Shown: positions 11,278-23,699 of the stretch, one piece after another
Layout of the letters: every line of letters starts with the position of its first letter
How positions within the stretch are numbered: the stretch's first letter is position 1
NCBI RefSeq assembly: GCF_004010195.1
Contig: NC_057752.1
Coordinates: 4,649,201 to 4,706,136, forward strand
Direction: 5' to 3'
Source of the DNA: Chiloscyllium plagiosum
Lineage: Eukaryota
DNA length: 56,936 bases
Notes under the pieces: model-generated
The model's input: only the letters and a program-made list of their open reading frames with translations
Told to the model about the DNA's origin: nothing
Database searches by the model: none
Translations under genes and position numbers: made by a program

Positions 11278-12814
11278 TTTGAGGGCTATAAGCTTGGATT
11301 TTTTTAAGTTTGAGAAACTTCAAGTTGCTCCACTCCCCAAATCCCAGCTGCACTCTCTCGGGAATTTCCCTGCGGAGTCTGCCAATGCAATTTCTAGTTG
11401 GTAATGGCACACGAACCTGCTTCGTTCAAAAGGCCCAGTCAAAATGCTTTTGCACTCAGTCAACATTTCCATGGCAAACTGCTGAATGTAGCTCCTTTCC
11501 TTGGTCCTTCGAGAAATGGAATGCATACCTTGATAAGCTTGATGCTGATAAGAGAAATGTTTTTAATTGTTCCCACCACCTTGCACAGAGAGACTTGACT
11601 ATAAATTATGAACAATCTAACTTTAATGGGAACATTGCCATGAAGTAGATTGCAGGTAAGTGGAGTTTCTTTGTGGTACTAAACCACATAAAGGACAATA
11701 AGAGGCTTTGTTTGACGGATATTTAAAAAAACACACATTCTCTCCTCAAGGTACTCCCTCCCACTGTGTTACATTCCACAGGCTTTGGTAGCCTCTTTGT
11801 ACCTTGCATGATTGGCCATTCTTCATGTGTGAACTGGAGAACAGCACAGCCTGAGCTCAATTGTGTCTTCATGCATTTAGTGCCTAAGAGCAGGCACTGA
11901 TTTTGATTAATTTTCATTTTCTTCTTCCTCCTCTTCACCCTCTCCACCCCAATTCCAAAAAATACTCAAGAGGTACTTCGGCCAATTATTGAATTTCTAT
12001 TGTCATCAGTACAGGCCAGTTATCAAATCTGGGCACGTTATTCTAATGGAAACATTCGCCCCTTGTTTTAAGCTGACTAAAAGCAGTACAAAACTTAAAA
12101 ACAACAGCAAGGAATTAGATTTCAAGTGTATTTGGGTTCATGTGAAAACATCCTGAACAGACATTTCTACCCTATTATCTGTGAGTCCTGAAACAAAACA
12201 ATGTTTTCTCTCTAATTATATATTCCAGATCCTCATTTTTGTTAATAGCTGTAAACAGAGATACCCAGTGATCTTATCTATTTGCATCTGACTCTGATCA
12301 ATCATGTGTGACAAAGTGTTAAACAAATATGTTGAGATTGACCTTTGGTGAAAAGCACTGTGACACTGAAGATTCGTTAAACCTGCTGAAACAGTGCTGG
12401 GTTCAGGCTGTGAAATATCTCAAGACTGACATACAAAATGTTTATCTTTGACAAAGGGTAAAGGAATGTGGGGAGAGATACTCAGGGATCATTTAACAGA
12501 TTTACAGCAGAACTCCCTCATTCTTGAGGAGTTGTTGCCCACAGGAGATTGGTTTTGCCTCCCATTCCACAGAACATTCCTCACACCCTGTTACAGAGTC
12601 AAAACAGCAAAGTCCATGAGCCAAAGGATCTTATAATATTGCATCGTATCAGATTATTTTGTTTTCTGTTCCACATTAAAATTAAACCTAAGGTATGTTT
12701 CATCACCTCTCAAATGTTCTTTACAAAGGGAATTGACAATTCTACAGTCAAGTTTGTACCTAAGTCATCTTCTGGCAATGTCCTGATCCTTGTCATAAGA
12801 CTAATAGTACTGTA

Positions 12815-13237
12815 CCTTGAAGACCATCAACTCGGTAAAAGACACTCTTTGGTCTGCCTGAAGCCTATTGGTCTTCCAGTGTAAAGAGTTGCCCTTGGCT
12901 GAGTGTTGCAGACTGGCACATTCTAAGGTCCAGGACTGCGTGCTGAGGGGCGCTGTAAAGCTTGGGCCAGCTGCTGCCACGGCGCAATGGGGTCTTTCTA
13001 TTAGAATACAATGGGGGTCCATTCAGTTATCAGACTCTCGGTGACTCAAATGTATGTAAGTATAGTCTTGCATAAGTAAGAAATGCCTTGGATTTTGATT
13101 TGCAACTGCAGGAAATGCCAAATTCTCATGCTAGTTTGTTATTTATGTGCAAAGACTGCACAGAGGTGCTTCACTACCTGTGTATGTATATAAAGATGTT
13201 TTTATGAATGAAGTATATTTTTGCAATAAAAGAAAAA
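12815..13237 (+). mobile_element. Tx1/L1-clade LINE 3' end (ORF2 C-terminus, 3' UTR, A-rich tail)
   Basis: Frame from 12823 reads TINSVKDTLWSA*SLLVFQCKELPLAECCRLAHSKVQDCVLRGAVKLG (W-x-x-R-N motif decayed by CGA>TGA). Ends tttttatgaatgaagtatatttttgcaataaaagaaaaa. Confidence 0.7.
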
Positions 13238-13800
13238 TCAAGGGTACTAAGTAGCTGTCTTCATGCCAGAGTGACTAGAAATGTTTGAGTTCAGTGCTGA
13301 GTGTTGAGAGATATTTTAGAATTCAATTCTGCCCTCAGTTCTCAATCAAACATTTTCAAGCAGAATTGGGTATGCGAATTTGCTTTGTTTTGTTCACTCC
13401 CTAACCTTTATAAAGTGAAGGGAGGACCCATTCCTGATTCTCTAGCTAAAATCAATTTGTCCTCGAAACTGCCCCTACATTCCTTGATTGTATAACAATT
13501 AGCATTTTATTCCTCCTTATCTGTTCATTTGTGAGGGTGAATAAATAATAGATCACAATCCAAATTCAGAACTTGCTTCATTAGTAATATTTTGTGGCGA
13601 TAATTTTAATATAAAGTGCTCATGCTGCTGTGACATTTGCACAAAATGAGAGGGTAACCCATGCAGCATAATGAACGGAGTTCTGTACTGCTCAAAAATG
13701 AGGAGCATAACAAAGAAAAGTTTGATTTTCCTTCAAATGTTACAATTTATGTGTGTTATTTTCTTCATGGGCTTCTAGTGGCTGGACCTTTAAAAAGAAT

Positions 13801-14152
13801 AGAATCGAGAATGTGGTGGTGGAAAAGCACACAGTCAAGCAGCATCCGAGGAACAGGAGAATTGCCGTTTCAGGCAAAAGCCCTTCATCAGGACTGAGGC
13901 AGGGAGCCGGGTAAGGTGAGGGGAGGGGAAATGAGGAAACTGGTGAAGTCCATATTGATACCCTGGGGTTGGAGGGTCCCGAGGCGAAGATGAGGCGTTC
14001 TTCCTCCAGGCGTCAGGTGGTTAGGTAGTGACAATGGAGGAGGCCCAGGACCTGCATGTCCTTGGCGGAGACACTCTGCCTGACCTGCTGTGCTTTTCCA
14101 GCATCACACTCTCGCCTCCAACCTCCAGCATCCGCAGTCCTCACTTTCGCCT
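13801..14152. mobile_element. Fold-back PLE derivative with an internal GIY-YIG C-terminal fragment
   Basis: Left gtggtggtggaaaagcaca..aagcag is inverted as ctgcctgacctgctgtgcttttccagcatcacac on the right. The right end carries the tail ctccagcatccgcagtcctcactttc. Imperfect TSD tttaaaaa.aat. Confidence 0.8.
13864..13891 (-). ncRNA. Minimal hammerhead ribozyme motif, probably inactive (cleavage triplet GGC)
   Basis: Minus strand CTGATGA-A-GGGC-TTTT-GCCT-GAAA-CG-GC. Confidence 0.6.
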
Positions 14153-14961
14153 TTTAAAAAATAATGTTTTTGGGCTTTCTGAATGCAATAGATACTATGC
14201 AAATATTATCTGCAGGTTGAGGGGAAGCCATTGTTAATGAAACCACCTTAATCAGATCAAATGTTTTCACCTTATATCGAGAATTATGAATTTAACAGTA
14301 CAGGATGAGATCATTCTCACTCTCCATGTACTGTCCCCACAAAAGAGCTCTTGACCTCATCCCTTTGCCCACACCCTTCTAATTATTTCTCTTTCAAGTA
14401 TTCACTCCTAAACGTGATGGAATTTCTCAACACCAACAGTGCTTCTGGTAAAACATGTTGACTCCATGTAAACAAACTCCCCCAAAGCTTTTCCCTTTGT
14501 TCTTTCGGTGATAATTTTAAATTTCTGGTTGTTAGCTACAGGCTCATGGCCCAGTGGCAATTGGCTGCCATGTTTGCTTAGATGTCAAAAATATGTCCTT
14601 GGACATTGGGAAGTCCCAAGAATGTAAAGAAGTGTCAGTATAAGTGCAAATTCTCTCTTCCCTAAAAGTACATTTAGGTCAGATGTCTACACTGAGGAAT
14701 TATAGTTTCATGAATTCAACAGCTCACTGGAATATGAATGGAATGTGTCCTCAAATACTCAACAAGCAGAAAGACTATCTAGATTGTATTTACCCACTGA
14801 ACAAAGAAATTTATGCAGATACCTGGGGGACTACAATTGGATACTGTTGACAAACAAATTTCTCCAAATAAACATTTCAAATGCTGTGAAACATTTTACT
14901 GTGTTAACACATGTTAACGTGCTTAACAAAGCACTTTTGTTTTCATTCAGCTCACAAGACC

Positions 14962-15168
14962 ACCTTTTATTTCCCATTCCTAGTTGCCCCTTGAGAAGGT
15001 GGGGGTGAGTTGCCTTCTTGAACCGCTGCAGTCCATGTGCTGTAGGTAGAGCCACAATGTCCCTTTGGGAGTGAATTCCAGGATTTTGACCCAGCGATAG
15101 TGGAGGAACAATAGTATATTTCCAAATGACGATGGTGAGTGGCTTGGAGGGGAACTTGCAGCTGGTGA
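14962..15168 (-). mobile_element. 3' end of a CR1/L2-type LINE sharing its tail with SINE family B
   Basis: Minus strand ...gggtcaaaatcctggaattcactccc...ggactgcagcggttcaagaaggcaactcacccccaccttctcaaggggcaactaggaatgggaaataaa. Confidence 0.6.
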
Positions 15169-15171
15169 CTT

Positions 15172-15380
15172 TTTTAGATTAGATTCCCTACAGTGTGGAA
15201 ACAGGCCCTTTGGTCCAACCAGTCCACACCGACTCTCCGAAGAGTAACCCAACCAGACCCATATCCCTCTGACTAATGCACCTAACACTATGGGCAATTT
15301 AGCATGGCCAATTCACCTGACCTGCACACCTTTAGACTGTGGGAGGAAACCAGAGCATCCAGAGAAAACCCATGCAGACT
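15172..15380 (-). mobile_element. HE1-type SINE (3' part)
   Basis: (ttaga)n tail, cagtgtggaaacaggccc, gactaatgcacctaacactatgggcaatttagcatggcc. Confidence 0.85.
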
Positions 15381-15399
15381 GGATCTACAGACAGTCAGT

Positions 15400-16132
15400 G
15401 CGAAGTGTACAGTTAATGGAGGGCCCTGGAGTGTGTTGCTGAGCATGAGACTTCGGAGTACAGTGCATTGTTCTTTGAAACTGGAGTCACAGATATACAG
15501 GGTGGTGAAATAGGTGTTTGGCACACTTGCCTTCATTGGTCAGAATATTAATATAGGAGTTGGGATGTCATGTTGCAGCTGTACAGGACAGTGGTGAGGC
15601 CATTTTTTTTTAGAATACTGCGTGCAATTCTGGTCTCTCCTCCATAGGAAAGATGTTAGTAAATTTGAAAGGGTGCAGAAAACGTTTACAAGGATGTTGC
15701 TGGGACTGGAGGGTTTGAATTATAGGGAGAGGCTGAATAGGCTGGGACTTTTTTCCCTGGAACATCAGAAGCTGAGGGATAACCTTATAGAGGTTTATAA
15801 AATCATGAGGGACACGGATAGGGTTAATAGCTAAGGTCTTTTTCATTGGGTGGCAGAGTCCAAAACTAGAGGGCAAAGGTTAAACATGAAAGGGGAAAGA
15901 TTTAAAAGGGACCTGAGGGGTAGAGTGGTATGTGTATAGAATGTACTGCCAGGGGAAGTGGTGGAGGTGAGTAGGATTACAATATTTAAAAGACATTTGG
16001 ATGTATACATTAATAGGAAGGATTTAGAGGGATTTGGGCTAAATGCTTGCAAATGGGACTAGGTCAGATTGGGATGTCTGGTCAGCATGGACCCATTAGA
16101 CTGAAGGGGCTTGTTTCCTTGCTGTATGACTC
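15400..16132 (+). mobile_element. CR1 LINE 3' fragment
   Basis: QFWSLLHRKDVSKFERVQKTFTRMLLGLEGLNYRERLNRLGLFSLE followed by a HER1-type 3' UTR. Confidence 0.9.
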
Positions 16133-16409
16133 AAAGTACTCAAAGTACAATTGAAATTCCTGGATTGCCTTTGTTCCTTCATGAGATTGATCGCTTCAGC
16201 CACCTGGAACTGGAAGAAGGCTGTCGAGAGTCTTCCCTGTCAGCTTCACAGTGAGATGTTATCTTGGGTTTCATTCTCCTGTTGGACTGACAAAAAAAAT
16301 CTATTGTGCAAAGGCAGACAGCTATGGGAAAGTTTGTCAATGGTCAGGAATCTAAAGTTCTCATTAGATAAAAATTAAGGAGAGGCTAAAATAAATTCCC
16401 CTCCTACTT

Positions 16410-16690
16410 TAGGTCATCCAAAACCACTTCAGAGCCAATTAAATCCTTTTTGAGTGTAGTCACTATTATGCTATAGGGAAATGTAGCAGACAGTTCTGTA
16501 AAGGCCCTGAAACAGGAAATAACCAGGTAATCTGTTTGGAATGTTGAGTGAGAGAGAGATAAATATTGACCAGGTCACTGCGAATAATGCTTTTGCTGTT
16601 CTTTGAAATAATGCTGCATAGTCTTATACCTGAGAGGGATCTTCCATCTGAGAGGGCAGACCGAGTCTTAATTTAATTTTGCATCTGAAA
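16410..16690 (-). mobile_element. Deu-domain SINE fragment
   Basis: ttttgagtgtagtcact..ataaatattgaccagg..ctgttctttgaaata..catctgagagggcagac is the reverse complement of the Deu-SINE core. Confidence 0.55.
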
Positions 16691-16691
16691 G

Positions 16692-16934
16692 TATTTTTTA
16701 TTTCAAAAACATACTTCACTCATAAAAAAATCAATATGTATATACAACAGGTACTAAAGTGGTTCAATACAGTTTTGCATAGAAATAAAAAAAACAAATA
16801 TTGAAATTTGACATTCCCTGTAGTTGCAGAAACCAAAGGCGGTTTCTACTCATACAGGACCCAGTTTACATATATTTTGAGGCAAGGAGAGGATTTGATA
16901 TCTGAATGAACGCTTGTTGACTTTCACAGAAAGA
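16692..16934 (-). mobile_element. Tx1/L1-clade 3' UTR fragment
   Basis: The minus strand ends tttttatgagtgaagtatgtttttgaaataaaaaa, matching the end of 12815-13237. Confidence 0.55.
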
Positions 16935-18152
16935 CAGTAACAAAGAGGATTGATGAGGGCAGAGCAATAGACTTGATCTATTTGGACTTCAGTGAGCCGT
17001 TCGACAAGGTTCCCATGGGACACTGATTAGCAAGGTTAGGTCTCATGACATACAGGGATAATTAGCCATTTGGATACAGAACTGGCTCAAAGGTAGAAGA
17101 CAGAGGGTGGTGGTGAGAGGTTGTTTTTCAGATTGGAGGCCTGTGGCCAGTGGAGTGCCACAAGGATTGGTGCTGGGTCCACTACTCTTCGTCATTTATA
17201 TAAACGATTTGGGTGTGAGCTTAAGAGGTATAGTTAGTAAGTTTGCAGATGACACCAAAACTGGAGGTGTGGTAGACAGCGAAGAAGGTTACCTCAGATT
17301 ATAACGGGATCTTGATCAGATGGGCCAATGGGCTAAGGGGTGGCAGATGGAGGTTAATTTAGATAAATGCGTGGCGCTGCATTCTGGGAAAGCAAATCTT
17401 AGCAGCACTTATACACTTAATAGTAAGGTCCTAGGGAATGTTGCTGAACAAGAGACCTTGGAGTGCAGATTCATAGCTCCTTGAAAGTAGAGTCACAGGT
17501 AGATAAGATAGTGAAGAAGGCGTTTGGTATGCTTTCCTTTATTGGTCAGAGTATTGAGTATAGGAGTTGGGAGATCATGTTGCAGCTGTACAGGACATTG
17601 GTTAGGACACTTCTAGAATATTGCGTGCAATTCTGGTCTCCTTCCTATCGGAAAGACGTTATGAAACTTGAAAGGATTCAGAAAAGATTTACAAGGATGT
17701 TGCCAGGGTTGGAGGAATTGAGCTAGAGGGAGAGGTTGAATAGACTAGGGCTGTTTTCCCTGGAGGCTGAGGGGTGACCTTATAGAGGTTTACAAAATTA
17801 TGAGGAGAATGGATTGGATAAATAGGCAAAGTCTTTTCCCTGGGGTCGGGGAGTCCAGAACTAGAGGGCATAGGTTTAGGGTGAGAGGGGAAAGATATAA
17901 AAGAGACCTAAGGGGCAACTTTTTCACACAGAGGGTGGTACGTGTATGGAATGAGCTACCAGAGGAAGTGGTGGAGGCTGGTACAATTGCAACATTTAAG
18001 AGGCATTTGGATGGATATATGAATAGGAAGGGTTTGAAGGGATATGGGATGGGTGCTGGCAGGTGGGACTAGATTGGGTTGGGATATCTGGTCGGCGTGG
18101 ACGGGTTGGACCGAACTGTCTGTTTCCGTGCTGTACATCTCTCTGACTCTAT
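16935..18152 (+). mobile_element. HER1-like CR1 LINE, 3' 1.2 kb with stop codons
   Basis: [58 protein letters not shown]; tail ctctgactctat. Confidence 0.95.
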
Positions 18153-18765
18153 GTGGGGCAATCTAGAATGAGAGGTCATAGTTTTAGGATAAGGGGTAAC
18201 AGAAGTAGAACCAAGTTGAGGAGAAGCTACTTCTCCCTCAGGGTTGTGAATCTGTGGCATTCACTGCCCCAGAATGTGGCAGACACTGCGACAGTGAGTA
18301 AATTTAAGGAGGAGATAGACGGATTTTTAATTAATTTAGTAACAGGTGGAAGGGCTATAAAGAGCAGGCAGGAATGTGATGTTGAGGCTGAGCTGAGATC
18401 AGCACGGTGTCTCAGTGGTTAGCACTGCTGCCTCACAGCGCCAGAGTCCCAGGTTCGATCCCAGCCTCGGGTGACTGTCTGTGTGGAGTTTGCACATTCT
18501 CCCCGTGTCTGTGTGGGTTTCCTCCGGGTGCTCCGGTTTCCTCCCACAGTCCAAGGATGTGCAGGTCAGGTAAATTGGCTGTGCTAAATTGCCTATAGTG
18601 TTAGGTGCATTAGTCAGAGGGAAATGGGTCTGAGTGGGTTACTCTTCGGAGGGTCAGTGTGGACTGGTTGGGCCAAAGGGCCTGTTTCCACACTGTAGGG
18701 AATCCAATCTAAATGGCAGAGCAGGCTTGAGGGGCTAAATTGCTTATTCCTGCTCCTGGTTCTTA
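18153..18765 (+). mobile_element. CR1 3' end of a second family, interrupted by an HE1 SINE
   Basis: SRMRGHSFRIRG..YFSLRVVNLWHSLP; the UTR resumes after the SINE (aatggcagagcaggcttgaggggctaaattgcttattcctgctcct). Confidence 0.8.
18401..18712 (+). mobile_element. Full-length HE1-type SINE
   Basis: A/B boxes, V-domain and tail gggcctgtttccacactgtagggaatccaatctaa. Confidence 0.9.
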
Positions 18766-19630
18766 ATCCTTACAAACTATCAACCTGGTTTGTAGATCCA
18801 ATAACATATTTTCCTGGTAAATAATTCTGGACAGTAATTTAATTTGTACTTGTCCATCTATTAATGTGATATTTTCCCCTGTCTGAACTGGCAGGTGAGG
18901 ATGTTTGGCTATCCCGCACATTCTATAATTTACAGCCATCACAGTTAATAATCAGACTTAAAGGTGGTAATTCAAATATGACAAGTTTTAGCAAATCCTC
19001 CAGCTAAGGAACCCTTGCTGTAATTTCATAACGGAAGACAGAAATGTAACAATGATTGTCTCACTGAAGTATCACAAAAATACACAAATGAGAAGCAAGA
19101 TCTATATAAAGTTACACTGAGATTTTAGATAGACAGGGTTCGGCCTACTATATCTCCAATGCAAGTCGTTGCTGAGGAATGTTGCTTGTAACTTGTTGAA
19201 ACCTCGGTTTTAACTGAAACAGTGGGACTGGCATCAAGTTGGGCCAGTGTCACTTGACAGATTTCAGCACCATTTCACTGCTCCTTTTGAAACGACAAAA
19301 ATGCATGTAATCCAACCAACTGGAAGATGCCGAAAATGAAAAAAAACAACATCCCATTTTACAAGCAATCTTATATAATAATAAGATTAGTGCATCATAA
19401 TCTGTTGGCTGTGACAGATAAAAAATGGAGGTATGGTTCATTCTTTAAAAGATGCTGCCATTGATAGAGTGGGGAGATGGGCTGGAAAGTGATGGATGTC
19501 AGTACGTGTGCCAAGAATATAGAGCAAGGATCAGTCTATGTGAAAGGAATGAAGCTTGGGGATATATAAGAAGAAGAAAGAACTGAATTGCAGATTGATA
19601 CAATTCGAAGTTTTATTCCAAAAATAGATG

Positions 19631-20778
19631 TGGACAGATTCTTAAAGGGGCCCAGAACAAGGTCAGGCTATGGTGAGAAATCTGGGAGAATCATGTGAGG
19701 CCTATCTCCAGGTTGGGAGCAACTTGCTGCATTTCCCAACAAAGTTCTATTAAGATTCCCATCAGCAGCAGCGGGATGCCTATTATGTGGGATTATTGCT
19801 TGTTATCACCCTCATTAACTGCAAATCTCACTTTATTAATATGCAGCTTCCTATTATGCCACCTGTAATAGAAAACTAGAACAGAACTTTGGGAGTGGGA
19901 TCAGAGAGAGATTTTTTTAAAAACTCATTCATGGGATATGGGCATTGCTCATTGGCCAGCATTTATTGCCCATCCCTAATTGCCCAGAGGCCAAATAAGA
20001 GTCAACCATATTGCTGTGTGTCCAGAGTCACATTGTGGCCAAAGACAGGGATTTCCTTCACCAAAGGGCATTAATGAACCAGATGGGTGCTTCCAACAAT
20101 CGATTTAATCTCAAAAGCATTGTTAGACTCTTAGAGTGGCATCACATTAGCCAACCTCCAGTCTTTCGGCACCACAGCGGTTAATCCCAGATGTTTGTCG
20201 ATTTCAAGTTCCACAATTTACCAGCCAGTTCCTCTGAACATTGCCTGGGTCTCTGGATTGGTGGTCTAGTGAGATGGCAGAGCGAAGGTGGTGGCACTTA
20301 CCCTGATAAAATGACCTTTTTCCTTGCACGGCTGGGCATTCTCCAGATGGTTGTGACAACACTGACCCAAAGGGCGGCAACTTTGGACCAGAATAGCATG
20401 GCCTCCTCCACTGGTCCTGGGGAGGACGACATCCCATCTTTGCATCACACTGTCCTGGTGCCTGTCCGCAAAGCGGAGTACCAATTTCCCTTTGACTGCC
20501 ATGTATCACAAACAGTGCAGGGTAGCTCCGGAGCGATGGTGCCTGTCTGACGGCACAATGGCCTTTTAAAGATGGTGCTAGCGACAGGGATCTAGGAATA
20601 TCCTGGCTATGCCGAGTGGTGGAATTAGTCTGGCATTGGATGAGAGTATCACTGTAGGGGAGGAGTAGGTAAGTAATTAACAAGGTGAGTTTGGTACGAT
20701 CGTGTGAGAACATTCGCTAAGCCGTGCTCAAAATTCAATGAACATGAGACTTAGCCAAAGTATGACCAGATTCAGCCC
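19631..20778 (-). mobile_element. PIF/Harbinger DNA transposon relic with a decayed Myb/SANT-like ORF (20297-20502), interrupted by SINE B
   Basis: Minus strand MAVKGKLVLRFADR..QRWDVV.(fs)PQDQWRRPC..W..VA..VSVVTTIWR..Q..RKK followed by donor gg|gtaagt. The right end attcagccc resembles a Harbinger TIR. The left boundary is uncertain. Confidence 0.5.
19912..20265 (-). mobile_element. SINE family B
   Basis: cattcatgggatatgggc..ggccagcatttattgcccatccctaattgcccagagg..aatgaaccagatggg..cctgggtctctggatt. Confidence 0.8.
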
Positions 20779-21224
20779 ATAGAATATTAAAAGCAAGAGG
20801 TAATGATGAGTTGTTGCTATCTGGGATGTGCTGCTTGAATGGTTGGAGGAAGCAGATTCAGGCATAACTTTCAGAAAGTGAATGGAATAAATACTTAAAA
20901 GCAAAAAAAACAGGAAGGACAGGAGAAAGGGGGCAATTTGAATGGCTCTGTTAAAGAGATATAATGGACTGAATGGCCCCCTTCCATGCTGTGTTGTCCC
21001 ATGATACTTTAAGTATCAGTTGGAGTACTGTCTGCAGTGTACAGCACCAAATCATAGAAGGAGTATTCAGGAATTTGGGAGAATCACAGCATAGATTCAC
21101 AAAGAAGTAACTTGCTCTGATGAAATAGAACTATAGAACTGATTGTTTCCAGTGATTGATTCGTCAAGAATGAGTGGTTATCAATACATGATTAGTCGCC
21201 AAAGATCCAGAACAAGACAGTAGG

Positions 21225-21672
21225 AGTCATAGTCATGCAGCATGGAAACAGACCCTTCTGTCCAACTCATCCATGCTGACCAGGTATCCGAAACTGAACT
21301 AGTCCCATTTGCCAGCATTTGGCCCATATCTCTCTTAAACCTTTCCTATTCATTGGCTTGTCAAAATGTCTTTCAAATGTTGTATTTGTACGTCTAGTGC
21401 TTCCTCTGGTAGCTCATTCCATATACGCACCACCCTCTGTATGTAAATGTTGCCCCTCAGCTCCCTTTTAGATCTCTCCCCCCTCTCACCTTACCCTTGG
21501 GCTCCTTTACCCTTGGAAAAAGACCTTGACTATTAAACTTATCCATGCCCCTCATGATTTTATAAACCTCCATAAGGTGATCCCTCAGCCTCTGACACTC
21601 CAGGGAAAAAGGTCCCAGCCTATCCAGGCCTCTGCTTATAGCTCACACCCTCCGGTTCTGGCAACGTCCTTG
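21225..21672 (-). mobile_element. HER1-like CR1 3' end, flanked by older plus-strand CR1 remnants at ~20790-21110 and 21680-21850
   Basis: gagtcatagtcatgcagcatggaaacagacccttc..agctcattccatatacgcaccaccctctg..ccctcatgattttataaacctc. Confidence 0.85.
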
Positions 21673-22794
21673 GGAAGATTTTCTGAACTCATTCCAAAGG
21701 CATCAGTATTCAAGAATTGGAGGATGAAGGCAAATAGAATGAAAAGATGTGGTAAAAGGGTGGGTAAATGTGATTTGAATAATGTTTTGACATTGAGGGA
21801 AAATGCCAGCATGGACTGGTTGGGCCAAATGGCCTGTTTCACTGTCATAATTTATGTACAGTTCGATGATACCTTTCTTATAAACGTAGAAGCTCCCACA
21901 TTCGTGAAACAAAACTGATGAGACCCTGATGCTGGCACAACAGCCTCTATAAATACAACATATACGGGTGGAAATAGACAAACGTCAATAGTTTCAAAGC
22001 CCATCCCCTCTGTTCAAAAGCTGTTGGTTTCCTGCAGTTTGTACTGACCAGGGTTAAAGGCTTTCTCCATGATTTCCTTGCCATCTTACATGTTCAATTA
22101 AAGTTGCCCTGATCCTCAAGGGCATGTGGCTCGTCTGCTACCATGTGATGATTTTATTCCTGGTTCAAGAGTATTGCTGTTAAGTGTTTCAGCCTCTGTT
22201 TCCAAGTAGGGAAGGTATTGCTCACGTGCAGTCATGTCTAAAGCACAGCAACAGTGCTGCTCAAGACAGCTCCCTCAGTTCGCCCAGATTGCCTCTGTTG
22301 GTGTTCGAGTGCTGGAGGAGACAGAGACGTCTATTTTCATCGACAAATCCTGAACTGCAACCTGGTAGAATGCATTAACTGTCCAGTATGAGATACAGGC
22401 AATACTTCCTTCTATTCACTTTAATGGAGAAAAAGGATAAATAAGGAGTGTTTAATAACAAGTGGGCACTATTACTAACCATGTGGTGAAGATAATTTAC
22501 CTCTGAATCGTCAAGCCCTGATTAATCCACATCTTCTGGTTCTGTGTTCTTGATCTTGTTCTACGTTGAAATAAACATCATAGAAAACCACTTTTCATTT
22601 TGACACACGCATTTTTTTTATTTATCCACTTAGTCCCTCAATCATCCTTTCGAATGCTAACTGTACATAATGTTTGAGCTTGGCTTTGTTGGTGTGTTCA
22701 TGCTTCTGAATAAAAGATCATCAATCCTTTATCTTGTGCTTTAAGCCAAGCCTGCAATCTGCATATTATAATACCAATCTGGAGTATCTCTGGG

Positions 22795-23520
22795 CTATGT
22801 GCTGGCATGGCCTTTGACTGCCTGAGGAAAAGGGTGTTGGAGGACAACAACATCAGATCCGACACCAAGATCATGGTTTACAGAGCTGTGGTGGTTCCGA
22901 CCCTCCTATACGGCTCTGAGACGTGGACTGTCTACAGCAGGGACCTCAAGGTGCTGAAGCAGTCCCACCAGCACTGCCTGGGCAAGATATTGAGAATCCA
23001 CTGTGAATACAGACGCACCAACACCAGTGTCCTCGACCAGGCCAACATCCTCAGAATCGAGGCACTGACCCCACCTTGATCGGATACGATGGGCTGGGCA
23101 CGGTGTCCTCATGACCAACACAAGAGTCCCCAAGCAGGTGCTCTGCTCCCAGCTCCGAAACGGCAAGCGAGCCCCAGGTGGGACAGAGGAAGTGCTTCAG
23201 GGATACCCACAAGGCCTCACTGGTGAGGTGCAGCATTCCCACAGACACCTGGGAATCACTGGCCCAAGACTGTCCAGAGTGGACAGAGAGCATCCAGGAA
23301 GGCGTTGAGCACCTCGAGACTCACTATCGGGGAAAAAGCAGAAGCCAGGTGAAAACAGTGAAAGGAGCACACTGCTAGGCCAATACCCCACCCACCCCCT
23401 TTTCACTAACACCTTGTGCCAAAGTGTAATAGAGGCTGCAGAAACTGCATTGGACTGGTCAGCTACCTCTGGGCTCACCATGAGCGTGCAAGAGAGCCAT
23501 CCTCATCTTCCAGTGAAAAA
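22795..23520 (+). mobile_element. RTE-clade LINE 3' fragment
   Basis: TKIMVYRAVVVPTLLYGSETWT..HQHCLGKILRI, RWAGH..M.NTRVPKQVL.SQLRNGKRAPG, GQRKCFRD..KASL. Confidence 0.85.
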
Positions 23521-23699
23521 TTATCTCTGGGCCTTGGGTACCTGCACACACACACTGTTCCTGAGGCTGCTTGCTCCTTATCTTTGAGTAAGCCTCTTCA
23601 ACTCCTCATAGAATATCATACTTTGTTATTTATATCTGTACATAGGGGATTATCAAATACAGCTCCCTCATAAAGTGTCTCTTCATGTGTTCATTCCAG

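Noticed and set aside
11590..11662. Exon ending at a strong donor CAG|GTAAGT (similar acceptor-like sites at ~8203, ~30232 and ~55938)
   Set aside because: There are stops in all frames or unrecognisable short peptides, and no consistent exon chain. A non-coding exon cannot be excluded without RNA data.
12980..13025. Paired SOX-like motifs (CAATGG / ACAATGG) as an enhancer
   Set aside because: They lie inside the Tx1/L1 ORF2 end and 3' UTR.
21905..21935. CTGATGA as another hammerhead core
   Set aside because: There is no stem II followed by GAAA and no PLE context.
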